A stretch of DNA of 64,000 bases from a virus. Taxonomy: Duplodnaviria > Caudoviricetes. The notes below the pieces were generated by a model. That model had not been told where the DNA came from and made no database searches. It was given only the letters and a program-made list of their open reading frames with translations. The position numbers and the translations under genes were made by a program. Shown here piece after piece: positions 55,932-64,000 of this stretch; the stretch's first letter is position 1, and each line of letters begins with the position of its first letter. The stretch lies in IMG/VR virus record IMGVR_UViG_3300028844_004840, positions 1 through 64,000 of that record; one strand, given 5' to 3'.

Positions 55932-58034
55932 GTGACCTTTGCTGACGCAAACCGCGCACAAATTCGTACTTTAGAAGAAGTTACTTGGGGGATCACTCCC
56001 ACGGTAGGATCTTCTCGCGAAATGCGCTTAACATCTTCATCTCTGTCCGCGACAAAAGAGACGGCGGTCTCCGACGAACTTCGTGCGGATCGTATGGTTC
56101 CTGATATTGTCGAAGTCGCAGCGCACTCTAGTGGTGAAATTAACTTTGAATGGTCTTCTGGCCCGCAGGACGAATTCCTTGCCGGATTCCTTCTATCCAC
56201 TTGGACGCGCCCGATGAACATGGATTTCTGGAAAGGATCCATTGTAACCGTATCTGCGGCTAATACCTTCACATTAGTAGGCGTCGACGCTACGCCGTAT
56301 ATTGAAGCAGGCCGTGTCATCAAGATTGTTGGGTTAGAAGCCGCTGCAAATAATGGCTACTTCACAGTGGCTACTGTAGCTGTAAACGGATCCAATACTG
56401 ATATAACCGTAGCAGCATCCAATTTGGTTGTAGAAGCAGGCGGGAACGCGGCGCGTCTATATGACGCCAATGACGTCATCATTAACGGTAATGAAACCAT
56501 CTCAGCAACCGCATCTGGTTTTGCGGGAACAGGTGTGTTTGCTTCTGCGATTGCTGCTGGACAGCTACAAGTAGGACAGCAAGTTACAGTAGAAGGCATG
56601 GGATACGGTACAGCGGTCGTGACCTTTACAACTGCTGCTGCGTCCACATTTGCTATGGTACTCAGCGACGGTACAAACGAATTAACCATCACAACTACGA
56701 CTGATTTTGACCCAGGCGTGGATCACATTGCATCTGCCGCAGCGCTTGCGGCATTCATCAACACAAACGCCCGTACAGGTGCCACAGCGCTTAACGTTAA
56801 GGCTTCCGACGACGGTGCAGGGGTTGTTACAGTAACCAACCTTAATACCTTTGTGACTGATCCTGTAACACTGGTTCGCACTGCCTCAACTGGCGGCGGA
56901 CAAGCGTACGTAACAGTGCCTGATGCAAACGTTGTTGTTACATCCTTTTCTGCAGCAACGATCACAGTGGCAGGGGACATTACAACATCTGTTCTAACAC
57001 TCGATAACGGTAATGACACGATCACAGCATTAACAGCAGGCACAAGCTATCCGGTAACGGGAGCAGGCGCAGCGGCGGACGGCGCGGCGCTGGCGGCGGC
57101 AATCAATGCTCTGGAAGGCTGGACGGCTGTTGATGATTCTGCTGGAATTCTGACGGTATATCCAAAGCACGCGAATGCTACAATCAACGTTACTACAGTT
57201 GATGCAACGGTTGTCCTAACAACTCCCGTGGAGTACACAGGCAGCACTGAATCGCGCGGCGTATTCAGAATTACAGGCGTAGCTGACGACTTGTTGAGCG
57301 TCACACCTGCACCGCAAATCACACCTGCTGGGCAAGCTGTTGTTATTAAAGGGTCACACCTACGTAACTCTGGAAATGTAAACGCGATTGCGCAGCGTTC
57401 GTGGAGCATTGAAACGGCTTACACCGACATCGATCAGTACATGGAACAGGATGGCATGGTCGTAGGTACCATGGGCTTAGAGATTGCTTCTGGGTCTATC
57501 CTAACGGGTACACTCGGTTTCGAAGGACGTGCTACGTCATTGCGCCAGTCCACGCTACTTGGATCGCCACTGTATGTGCAGCAAGTCGCCCAATCAGGTG
57601 AAGTGTCCAACGCAACCACAGACGTGGGTAATATCGAAAAAGATGGTGAACTTCTTCCAGCATGTATCCAATCGTTGTCTATTTCTGGGGAAGCCGGACT
57701 GCGTATGCAAAATTGCGTCGGATCTAAGTTCCCACGCGGTATTGGTACAGGACGATTCAACTTGTCTGGATCCGCAACGATCTACTTTGAAAATCAGACA
57801 CTGTTCAACGACTTCATCTCCCATAGCACACTTTCGCTAGGGTGGTCAGTGGCTGACGCTGAAAATATCGCCTATTATTTCCGCATTCCTGCAGCGAAAT
57901 TCTCTGCAGATGAGATTGCACCGGGTGGTATCGACCAAGACGTGTTTGAAAATATCGAGTGGACAGCGTTCCGCGATGCGGCGACGAATACCATGCTTAT
58001 GTTGGATCGATTCTCTAACGACACAGCAGTGTAA
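55932..58034 (+). CDS. major tail tube protein with large inserted domains
   Basis: E.TWG.TP...SDELRADR...GEINFE; GRF..SGS..IYFE. Confidence 0.88.
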   Translation: MTFADANRAQIRTLEEVTWGITPTVGSSREMRLTSSSLSATKETAVSDELRADRMVPDIVEVAAHSSGEINFEWSSGPQDEFLAGFLLSTWTRPMNMDFWKGSIVTVSAANTFTLVGVDATPYIEAGRVIKIVGLEAAANNGYFTVATVAVNGSNTDITVAASNLVVEAGGNAARLYDANDVIINGNETISATASGFAGTGVFASAIAAGQLQVGQQVTVEGMGYGTAVVTFTTAAASTFAMVLSDGTNELTITTTTDFDPGVDHIASAAALAAFINTNARTGATALNVKASDDGAGVVTVTNLNTFVTDPVTLVRTASTGGGQAYVTVPDANVVVTSFSAATITVAGDITTSVLTLDNGNDTITALTAGTSYPVTGAGAAADGAALAAAINALEGWTAVDDSAGILTVYPKHANATINVTTVDATVVLTTPVEYTGSTESRGVFRITGVADDLLSVTPAPQITPAGQAVVIKGSHLRNSGNVNAIAQRSWSIETAYTDIDQYMEQDGMVVGTMGLEIASGSILTGTLGFEGRATSLRQSTLLGSPLYVQQVAQSGEVSNATTDVGNIEKDGELLPACIQSLSISGEAGLRMQNCVGSKFPRGIGTGRFNLSGSATIYFENQTLFNDFISHSTLSLGWSVADAENIAYYFRIPAAKFSADEIAPGGIDQDVFENIEWTAFRDAATNTMLMLDRFSNDTAV

Positions 58035-58047
58035 ACTAATAACAAAG

Positions 58048-58080
58048 AGGGCAGACCCCGAAATCTGCCCTTTTTATTTT
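58048..58080 (+). terminator. intrinsic terminator
   Basis: AGGGCAGA/TCTGCCCT followed by T-run. Confidence 0.8.
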
Positions 58081-58191
58081 CTATCCCCGACATTCAGTTT
58101 CTGAATAGCCATGGCTCGCGGAGCGTGGAAGGTTGTCGGGGCCGTTATAACCACGCTCCGCACCTAAACACAACCCGACGAGGAAGCAACA

Positions 58192-58653
58192 ATGACTACA
58201 CTAAATAGCACAAATCTTCACGCAATCTTTGCAACAGATCGATCCAAAGAAGAAGACGGATCGTGGGTGGATATCAACCAATTCCAAGGATTGAAGATTA
58301 AAATTCGTCGCCTACGCTCGGACGCGGCGGCAAAAGAATTTGAAACTAAACTGGCTGCACGCTACGGTGAAGGCAAGCTGCGCGAAATGCAGAAAAATTC
58401 TACAGGCGGAGACACCAACGAAGGTGCTGAGATCCTGAAATTACAACTGTCTTGTGTTTTGGTTGATTGGAAAGGGTTGGTAGATACTTCTGCAGAGGCT
58501 GACGAAGACGGCATTCTACCTGAAATTCCGTATTCAGCCGAACTGGCCACAGAACTTTTAGAACTACGTGATTTCCGTGAATTCGTATTCCAAGCGGCGA
58601 ATGAACGAGACGCCTTTCGCGAAACGTCAAACAAAGACGCAGTAAAAAACTAA
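58192..58653 (+). CDS. tail assembly chaperone (G)
   Basis: F.TD...E.G.W...LVDWKG...YS; ends at slippery site. Confidence 0.85.
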   Translation: MTTLNSTNLHAIFATDRSKEEDGSWVDINQFQGLKIKIRRLRSDAAAKEFETKLAARYGEGKLREMQKNSTGGDTNEGAEILKLQLSCVLVDWKGLVDTSAEADEDGILPEIPYSAELATELLELRDFREFVFQAANERDAFRETSNKDAVKN

Positions 58654-59105
58654 CTAGCTTCCTTCGCTGGACTTTGGATCAATCCCCAACGTCCAGCAAG
58701 GAAGCCAGCAAAGAAAAATTTAAGGCGGCATTGGCGGCGAAGGGTAGTAAGAAGATCACAGCGGTCTCCAAAACCCCGCCCGCACAAAAGGCAGTAAAAG
58801 AAGAAGTTCCTATCCTGTTTCCAGATTTATTCTGGGTATGGGGTGCGTACTGTTTTTTGAACGAGCGCCGCCAAGTGGGACCAAATGGACCACAGCCTAT
58901 TTCGGTTGAAGCGATGCAGGCGTACTCGCAGCTAACCAACCGCATCGAAACCACCTATCGTGAACAACTACTTCTTTTCATTCCAGAACTAGATCGACTG
59001 TTTCTACATGATTTCTACGCGAAACAACAGGAACAACATGAAGAAATGCAGAAGAAGCAAGACCAATCCGCGCGCCGCGCAAAAAACACAGGACGAAGTC
59101 GATAA
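58644..59105 (+). CDS. tail assembly chaperone -1 frameshift extension (GT)
   Basis: A-AAA-AAC at 58644-58650; -1 frame open to 59105; W.AY.FL..RR.G..G..PI. Confidence 0.8.
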   Translation, partial: KKLTSFLRWTLDQSPTSSKEASKEKFKAALAAKGSKKITAVSKTPPAQKAVKEEVPILFPDLFWVWGAYCFLNERRQVGPNGPQPISVEAMQAYSQLTNRIETTYREQLLLFIPELDRLFLHDFYAKQQEQHEEMQKKQDQSARRAKNTGRSR

Positions 59106-62100
59106 ATGGAATCCAATGAACTCCGCCTGATTATCAACGCTGCCGCTGCGAAAACTGGCGGCAAGCAATTTGTTGCGGCTATACGACAAGTACAGCAATC
59201 AGTAATGGATCTTGATCGAGATTCTGCGGGATCGTTCACCAAACTAAAAGCCGAAGCTAAAGCGGCAGGAACTGCAGCACGCGCAGCGGGTAAGGAAATC
59301 GGTGCGGCAGGTAAATCCGCCAAAGCAGGCTCGGATGAAGCTGTCGCAGGCCTTTCAAAACAAACCACTGCAGCACAACGCGCCGCCGCCGCGCAGGCCC
59401 AATTCACTGCATCTATGGGCGCAGCACAGCTTGCGTCTGAACGATTACGTGCGCGATTACTCCGTTCGGGAGACGCTGCGGGGGCTGAATTAGTTACAGC
59501 GGCGTACGATAAGTTAAAAGTGTCTACAACAGGTCTGGCAGGGAACACAGAACGTGCTCGCGCTTCGCTGGCGACGTTCAGAGGCACGCTTACGCAGATA
59601 CAAGTAAAAGCGCTAGAAACCGCCAATAGCTTTGGGCGCACATCCGCACAGGCGCAGGCACTAACGGGCGCTGTTGGTCGTGTATCCGGTGCAAGTAATA
59701 ACGCTGCAGGCGGTATCCGCAATGCAGGCGGAGCTGCGCGACAAGCATCCCGCGATTTCCAAACAGCGGCTGGAAGCATGCGTGGATTTGAAAACGCACT
59801 GAACGGCACATTTCAAGCGTCATCACTACTGCGAAATGCTTTCGGAGCGATCACCATCGGCGCATTCACCTCTAGTGTATTTCAAGCTGGCGACGCCCTT
59901 GAGCAATTTAAAACTACGATGGAAGTGGCGAGCGGATCCGTTGCTGCCGCAAGCAGCGACCTAGAGTTTATTGATGGAATGGCAAGCCGTCTCGGTACAA
60001 ACCTTGGCGCGTCCCGCGATGCGTTCTCAAAGTTCGCCGTTTCGGCACAAATTGCAGGCGTTGAAACTGGCCAAACCCGTGAAATATTCGAATCCGTATC
60101 GACCGCCATGGCTGTTCTTGGTAAAGGTACTGAGGATCAGCGTCTAGCTTTCTTAGCCCTAGAGCAAATGATGTCAAAAGGGGTGATCTCCGCCGAAGAG
60201 CTGCGTCGTCAGCTCGGTGAACGCTTACCTGGCGCCGTATCTATCATGGCGAATGCCCTAGGCGTGGGCGTAGGTGAATTACAGGATATGCTTAAAGCGG
60301 GGGAGCTTGTATCCTCAGAGGTTCTGCCCAAATTCGCCCGTGAATTAGATAAGGTTGTCGGATCGCAGTTGGAGCGTACGTTCAACCGAGCCGGATCCAA
60401 CTTAGGCCGTCTACAAGTTGAATTTGCTAAATTGCTGGAAGTAGTGTCGAGTAGCGGATTCTTAGATGAATTATCCTCACAATTTAAAGACCTAACAACA
60501 CTGTTGCGCTCATCTGAGGCAGAGGAAGTCGCCCGCCGCATCGGTCAAGGGATGGCAGATATGGCACGCATGGTCGGAGACGCCGCCCAGTTTATCGTGC
60601 AACATTTAGATACCATCGCCACTGTAGCTAAAACCGTGTTCGGGGGTATCCTTGTACGTCAAATTGGCTTAGCAATTACCGCAATTACCGCGATGGGATC
60701 AGCCTCGAAGGTTTCGGTAGCCGCACACCTATTATTTGGACGCTCCGCCGCTGCTGTCGGAACGCAAATGGCCACTACTACAGGTAAACTGACTGCAGGG
60801 GCAGCAGCTACTACATTGTTTGGCAGCGCATCCGCAGGCGCGGCAGGTAAAGTTAGACTTCTAGGTGCAGGTATGGGACTCCTGCGCGGATCTTTCGCGT
60901 TTCTAACTGGACCAGTCGGGCTGGCACTTACCGCCTTAACGCTTCTTCCTGCCATTTTCAGTGATGCAGGTAATGCTGCTGAAAATACATCCGCGCAGTA
61001 TGAAAAAGCTATGCAGCGCATGAATACAGCAAGCTTCGATTTCTTGGATACTGCTCGTCAGATCGGAGAGCTTACACCGTTTGATCGATTAAATCAAACC
61101 CTTGGCGCGCTATCCGAAGGACGCGTTATAATTGAGGAGCTGGCTTCTTCCGGAACGTTTTTGACTAATCTCGCTGACAATATGCGCGATCTAACAGAAG
61201 CAACGCAGGGAACGGGAGCGGCTGCAGAGGTTTCTGGATTAACAACGCTTGTAGAAGACCTTCTGGCTATGAACCTGACTGCCCCAGAAGCGGCTGACAA
61301 GGTTAATGAAATCTCGGATGCGATGAACGCGTTGAACGGTTCTGGAGAATTGGGGGACAACTTTTCCGAGCTGAAAACATTGGGCGACACCTTGAATCCG
61401 CTGGGACAGGCCATCCTAACGTTCAGTGGATCAATGAAGGAAGCCGACACAATCGCTGGAGATCTGGGTGGCACACTTTCAGATCTCAATGTAAAACAGG
61501 GAGAGCTTTTTGCGGCGCAAGAACTGCTGATCACCGGGCAGGGCAATTTAAATAACATGTCAGCCGAGACAGCCGCTGCATTTGATGGGCTGGCGAACGG
61601 TCCTATCGTTGGTTTAGTCAGCCAAATGAGCCAGCTTGAACAGCGTATGCAGCGTATTTCTAACTTAAATGGTTCTGGTGTACGCGTAAATGAACTTGTA
61701 ACTAATTTACAACTACTGAGACTGACGTTCGACGGCACGCAAGAATCCATCGATGAGTATGCAGCCCACTTGGAAGAGGCACGCGCTAAGGCACAGCAAG
61801 TCGCTGATAATGATTCGCTTTCTCGCCGTCTCAGAGAAGATGCAGCAGCCGCCTTAGAGGCAATCAGTGAAGCGGAAGCGTACGTAAATTCCTTATTGAA
61901 TCTACAGGCGCAGGGAGATACAACTGCTGCGGCGCAGGAGAATTTACGCAATAACGTAAACGGAGCGAGCGGTGCCATGAGCAACGCCTCCGCAGTCGCA
62001 TACGAATATGCAGGGGCGCTTGCGGTGGTTGCGTCGGCGCAGGCAAACGTTTCAGACATTTCAACTGATTTCCGAGAACAAAACCGTCTTCGCGTAGAAT

Positions 62101-63752
62101 TATCCACGCTTGAAGGCGAGGCGCGTGCAGTATTCCAAGATCAAAACTTCGGTAACACTGCGCGCGAAGTCGCGGCAGTAAATAAAGAAATAGCAGCAGC
62201 CGAGGACACAATACGAAGCCTATCTACAACAGGTGACGCAATGGGTGCGGAACTCGCCCCCATCAACGCAGAGATTGTGAAATTGTACGATGAACGTGCC
62301 CAAATCATGGCAGAGGGAGAAGCCGCAACAACGTCGATTTTTCAGAACAATGAAGCCCGCGCAGCGGCGCGTCGTGAAAGCCCGCGTAGCAAACGCGGTG
62401 GTGGAGGCGGTAGTAAAGGCGGTAAATCAGATGCTGCTAAAGCGCTAGAAGCAGAACAGAAAGCATACGAACAAGCCGAAAAAGCGCTTAAAGACTACGT
62501 CTTAGGGCTGCAGGATGAGTCAATCGCACTGTCACTCGTTACAACTGGACGAGCGTCTTCCACCGAAGCCGCTAGTCTTTTAATTGAAGCGCAGCGTTTA
62601 GGTGTAATTACTTCCGACGAGCAAGCAGACGCATTCCTGCGTCAGGCACGCGCTGCGGAAGAACTCAAGAGAGAAATGGAAGCGCTTGCAAATGACCCTG
62701 TAAAGCAGTGGCTTGCGAGTGTCCCTGCATGGCGCGAAGCTGGGCAGCAAATCGAAGTAGGCGTGTTCGAATCACTCAGTGATTCTATTTCAAACTTTAT
62801 CAAAACAGGTCAATTTAGTTTCGAAGCTTTAGGAGAGTCAATTTTGAGCACGGTATCCGATATTGTTGCGGATAAAGCCGTTAAGGAGTTGGCAACACTA
62901 TTTGGCGGAGGTGAAAATGGTTTTGATCTGGGTGGGATACTGAGCGGAGCCTTTGCTTCTACGGGTGATGACACGGGCGGAATAGATATTGCATCGGCAG
63001 ACCAGTCGGCTGTTATCCAAAATGCCCACAACCTTGGAGGACAGCAGGTTGCTAACGCAATCCAGCAAGCGTTCACAGGAGTGTCTGGACAACTACGCAC
63101 CGACATAAAAAGCGGTGGCTCAGAAGCTGCGGCGAAATTAAAGACAGGCTTACAGACGGGCGGAACAGTCGCGTCGACTCAAATGGGAACACAGGTTAGA
63201 ACTGCTGCAACGTCTGGGGCAGGTAATATGCACAACAAAATTGTTACAGCGTCACGTACAGGGGCATCTGCGATGGGATCAGCAATTGCATCCAGTTCAG
63301 GTGCGCCCGGTGGAGGGGGTTTATTAGGACTCTTCGGAGGCGGCGAAGGCGGTGGCTTATTCGGCGGCGGAGGCGGTGGTGGAAGTTTAGACTCTATACT
63401 ATCCTTTGCCACGGGGTTCTTCTCGGAAGGAGGGATGTCTACAAGTCCAGTTGCAACTCAATCCGTACCCGCATCTGCATTCAAAAACGCACCACACTTT
63501 AGTCGCGGCACCGCGAACACTTCGGGAATACCTGCAATGCTGCACGACAATGAAGCAGTTGTACCGTTGTCAGGGGGTCGAAAGATTCCTGTTGACTTGG
63601 GGGATGCAGGTGGTGTAGGAGGTGGTTCTACTGTAATAAATCAATCGTTCAATATCACGACACCAGACTCTGACAGCTTCCGACGCTCTCAATCACAAAC
63701 CGCCGCTGACGCGGCTGGTGCTGCTAATCGTGCTCTTAGAGCGAATACATGA
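59106..63752 (+). CDS. tape measure protein
   Basis: 1548 aa, Ala-rich; QMMSKG.ISAEELRRQLGERLPGA. Confidence 0.95.
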   Translation: MESNELRLIINAAAAKTGGKQFVAAIRQVQQSVMDLDRDSAGSFTKLKAEAKAAGTAARAAGKEIGAAGKSAKAGSDEAVAGLSKQTTAAQRAAAAQAQFTASMGAAQLASERLRARLLRSGDAAGAELVTAAYDKLKVSTTGLAGNTERARASLATFRGTLTQIQVKALETANSFGRTSAQAQALTGAVGRVSGASNNAAGGIRNAGGAARQASRDFQTAAGSMRGFENALNGTFQASSLLRNAFGAITIGAFTSSVFQAGDALEQFKTTMEVASGSVAAASSDLEFIDGMASRLGTNLGASRDAFSKFAVSAQIAGVETGQTREIFESVSTAMAVLGKGTEDQRLAFLALEQMMSKGVISAEELRRQLGERLPGAVSIMANALGVGVGELQDMLKAGELVSSEVLPKFARELDKVVGSQLERTFNRAGSNLGRLQVEFAKLLEVVSSSGFLDELSSQFKDLTTLLRSSEAEEVARRIGQGMADMARMVGDAAQFIVQHLDTIATVAKTVFGGILVRQIGLAITAITAMGSASKVSVAAHLLFGRSAAAVGTQMATTTGKLTAGAAATTLFGSASAGAAGKVRLLGAGMGLLRGSFAFLTGPVGLALTALTLLPAIFSDAGNAAENTSAQYEKAMQRMNTASFDFLDTARQIGELTPFDRLNQTLGALSEGRVIIEELASSGTFLTNLADNMRDLTEATQGTGAAAEVSGLTTLVEDLLAMNLTAPEAADKVNEISDAMNALNGSGELGDNFSELKTLGDTLNPLGQAILTFSGSMKEADTIAGDLGGTLSDLNVKQGELFAAQELLITGQGNLNNMSAETAAAFDGLANGPIVGLVSQMSQLEQRMQRISNLNGSGVRVNELVTNLQLLRLTFDGTQESIDEYAAHLEEARAKAQQVADNDSLSRRLREDAAAALEAISEAEAYVNSLLNLQAQGDTTAAAQENLRNNVNGASGAMSNASAVAYEYAGALAVVASAQANVSDISTDFREQNRLRVELSTLEGEARAVFQDQNFGNTAREVAAVNKEIAAAEDTIRSLSTTGDAMGAELAPINAEIVKLYDERAQIMAEGEAATTSIFQNNEARAAARRESPRSKRGGGGGSKGGKSDAAKALEAEQKAYEQAEKALKDYVLGLQDESIALSLVTTGRASSTEAASLLIEAQRLGVITSDEQADAFLRQARAAEELKREMEALANDPVKQWLASVPAWREAGQQIEVGVFESLSDSISNFIKTGQFSFEALGESILSTVSDIVADKAVKELATLFGGGENGFDLGGILSGAFASTGDDTGGIDIASADQSAVIQNAHNLGGQQVANAIQQAFTGVSGQLRTDIKSGGSEAAAKLKTGLQTGGTVASTQMGTQVRTAATSGAGNMHNKIVTASRTGASAMGSAIASSSGAPGGGGLLGLFGGGEGGGLFGGGGGGGSLDSILSFATGFFSEGGMSTSPVATQSVPASAFKNAPHFSRGTANTSGIPAMLHDNEAVVPLSGGRKIPVDLGDAGGVGGGSTVINQSFNITTPDSDSFRRSQSQTAADAAGAANRALRANT

Positions 63753-63791
63753 TCCCTTGACAGGGGCGATATAAATTGCTAAGGCGTAAAC

Positions 63792-64000
63792 ATGGCACTA
63801 GGTTTTCATAATGTTAGATTCCCCACTGATGTAAGCTTTGGATCGCAGGGCGGACCAGAATTCAAGACGCAGGTATTCACCTCACACAGAGGGTACGAAA
63901 AACGCAACATTGAATGGTCTCAACCGATGATGCGATTCAACGTTGCCTACGGAATAAAAACCGACGAACAGATGATGCAGGTTCTTGAGTTTTTTAACGC
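63792..64000 (+). CDS. DUF2460 GTA-like distal tail protein (partial)
   Basis: FHNVRFPTDVSFGSQGGPEFKT...E.RN..W. Confidence 0.88.
   Translation, partial: MALGFHNVRFPTDVSFGSQGGPEFKTQVFTSHRGYEKRNIEWSQPMMRFNVAYGIKTDEQMMQVLEFFN

Noticed and set aside
59015-63412. Long minus-strand ORFs within the tape measure gene (and similar ones in other structural genes)
   Set aside because: Antisense shadows of Ala-rich codon usage; no recognisable motifs.
1-64000. Genome-wide amber recoding implied by the CUA tRNA
   Set aside because: All long genes are uninterrupted in the standard code, and TAG serves as a normal terminal stop (terL, 23583, 25151, 49117, 53930).

Overview
A 64-kb segment of a large lytic siphophage genome, most likely phiCbK-like and infecting an Alphaproteobacterium (Rhodobacterales or Caulobacterales). 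Host evidence: a permuted two-piece tmRNA, tRNA-His with A73 and no G-1, DUF1127 genes and a GTA-type DUF2460 tail gene. Layout: (1) 0.2-4.6 kb, RuvC-like resolvase and terminase genes; (2) about 4.7-14.4 kb, a repeat-rich early region that may be the long terminal repeat, built from promoter+RBS cassettes that each carry a CGAATCR (GANTC/GcrA-type) box; (3) 14.5-19.3 kb, small hypothetical genes; (4) 19.3-35.9 kb, an RNA island with 29 tRNA genes (one 5'-truncated, several degenerate), four aberrant tRNA-like RNAs, tmRNA, many structured spacers, DNA methyltransferases and translation-related enzymes; (5) 36-64 kb, virion morphogenesis from portal to tape measure. The most striking observation is an amber-suppressor tRNA(CUA) followed directly by a mini-ORF M-K-S-amber-I-R-P-P-P-opal, whose stop abuts a hairpin hiding the ribosome-binding site of the next gene: a candidate suppression-sensing translational switch. 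All calls were made by eye; no searches or folding programs were run.
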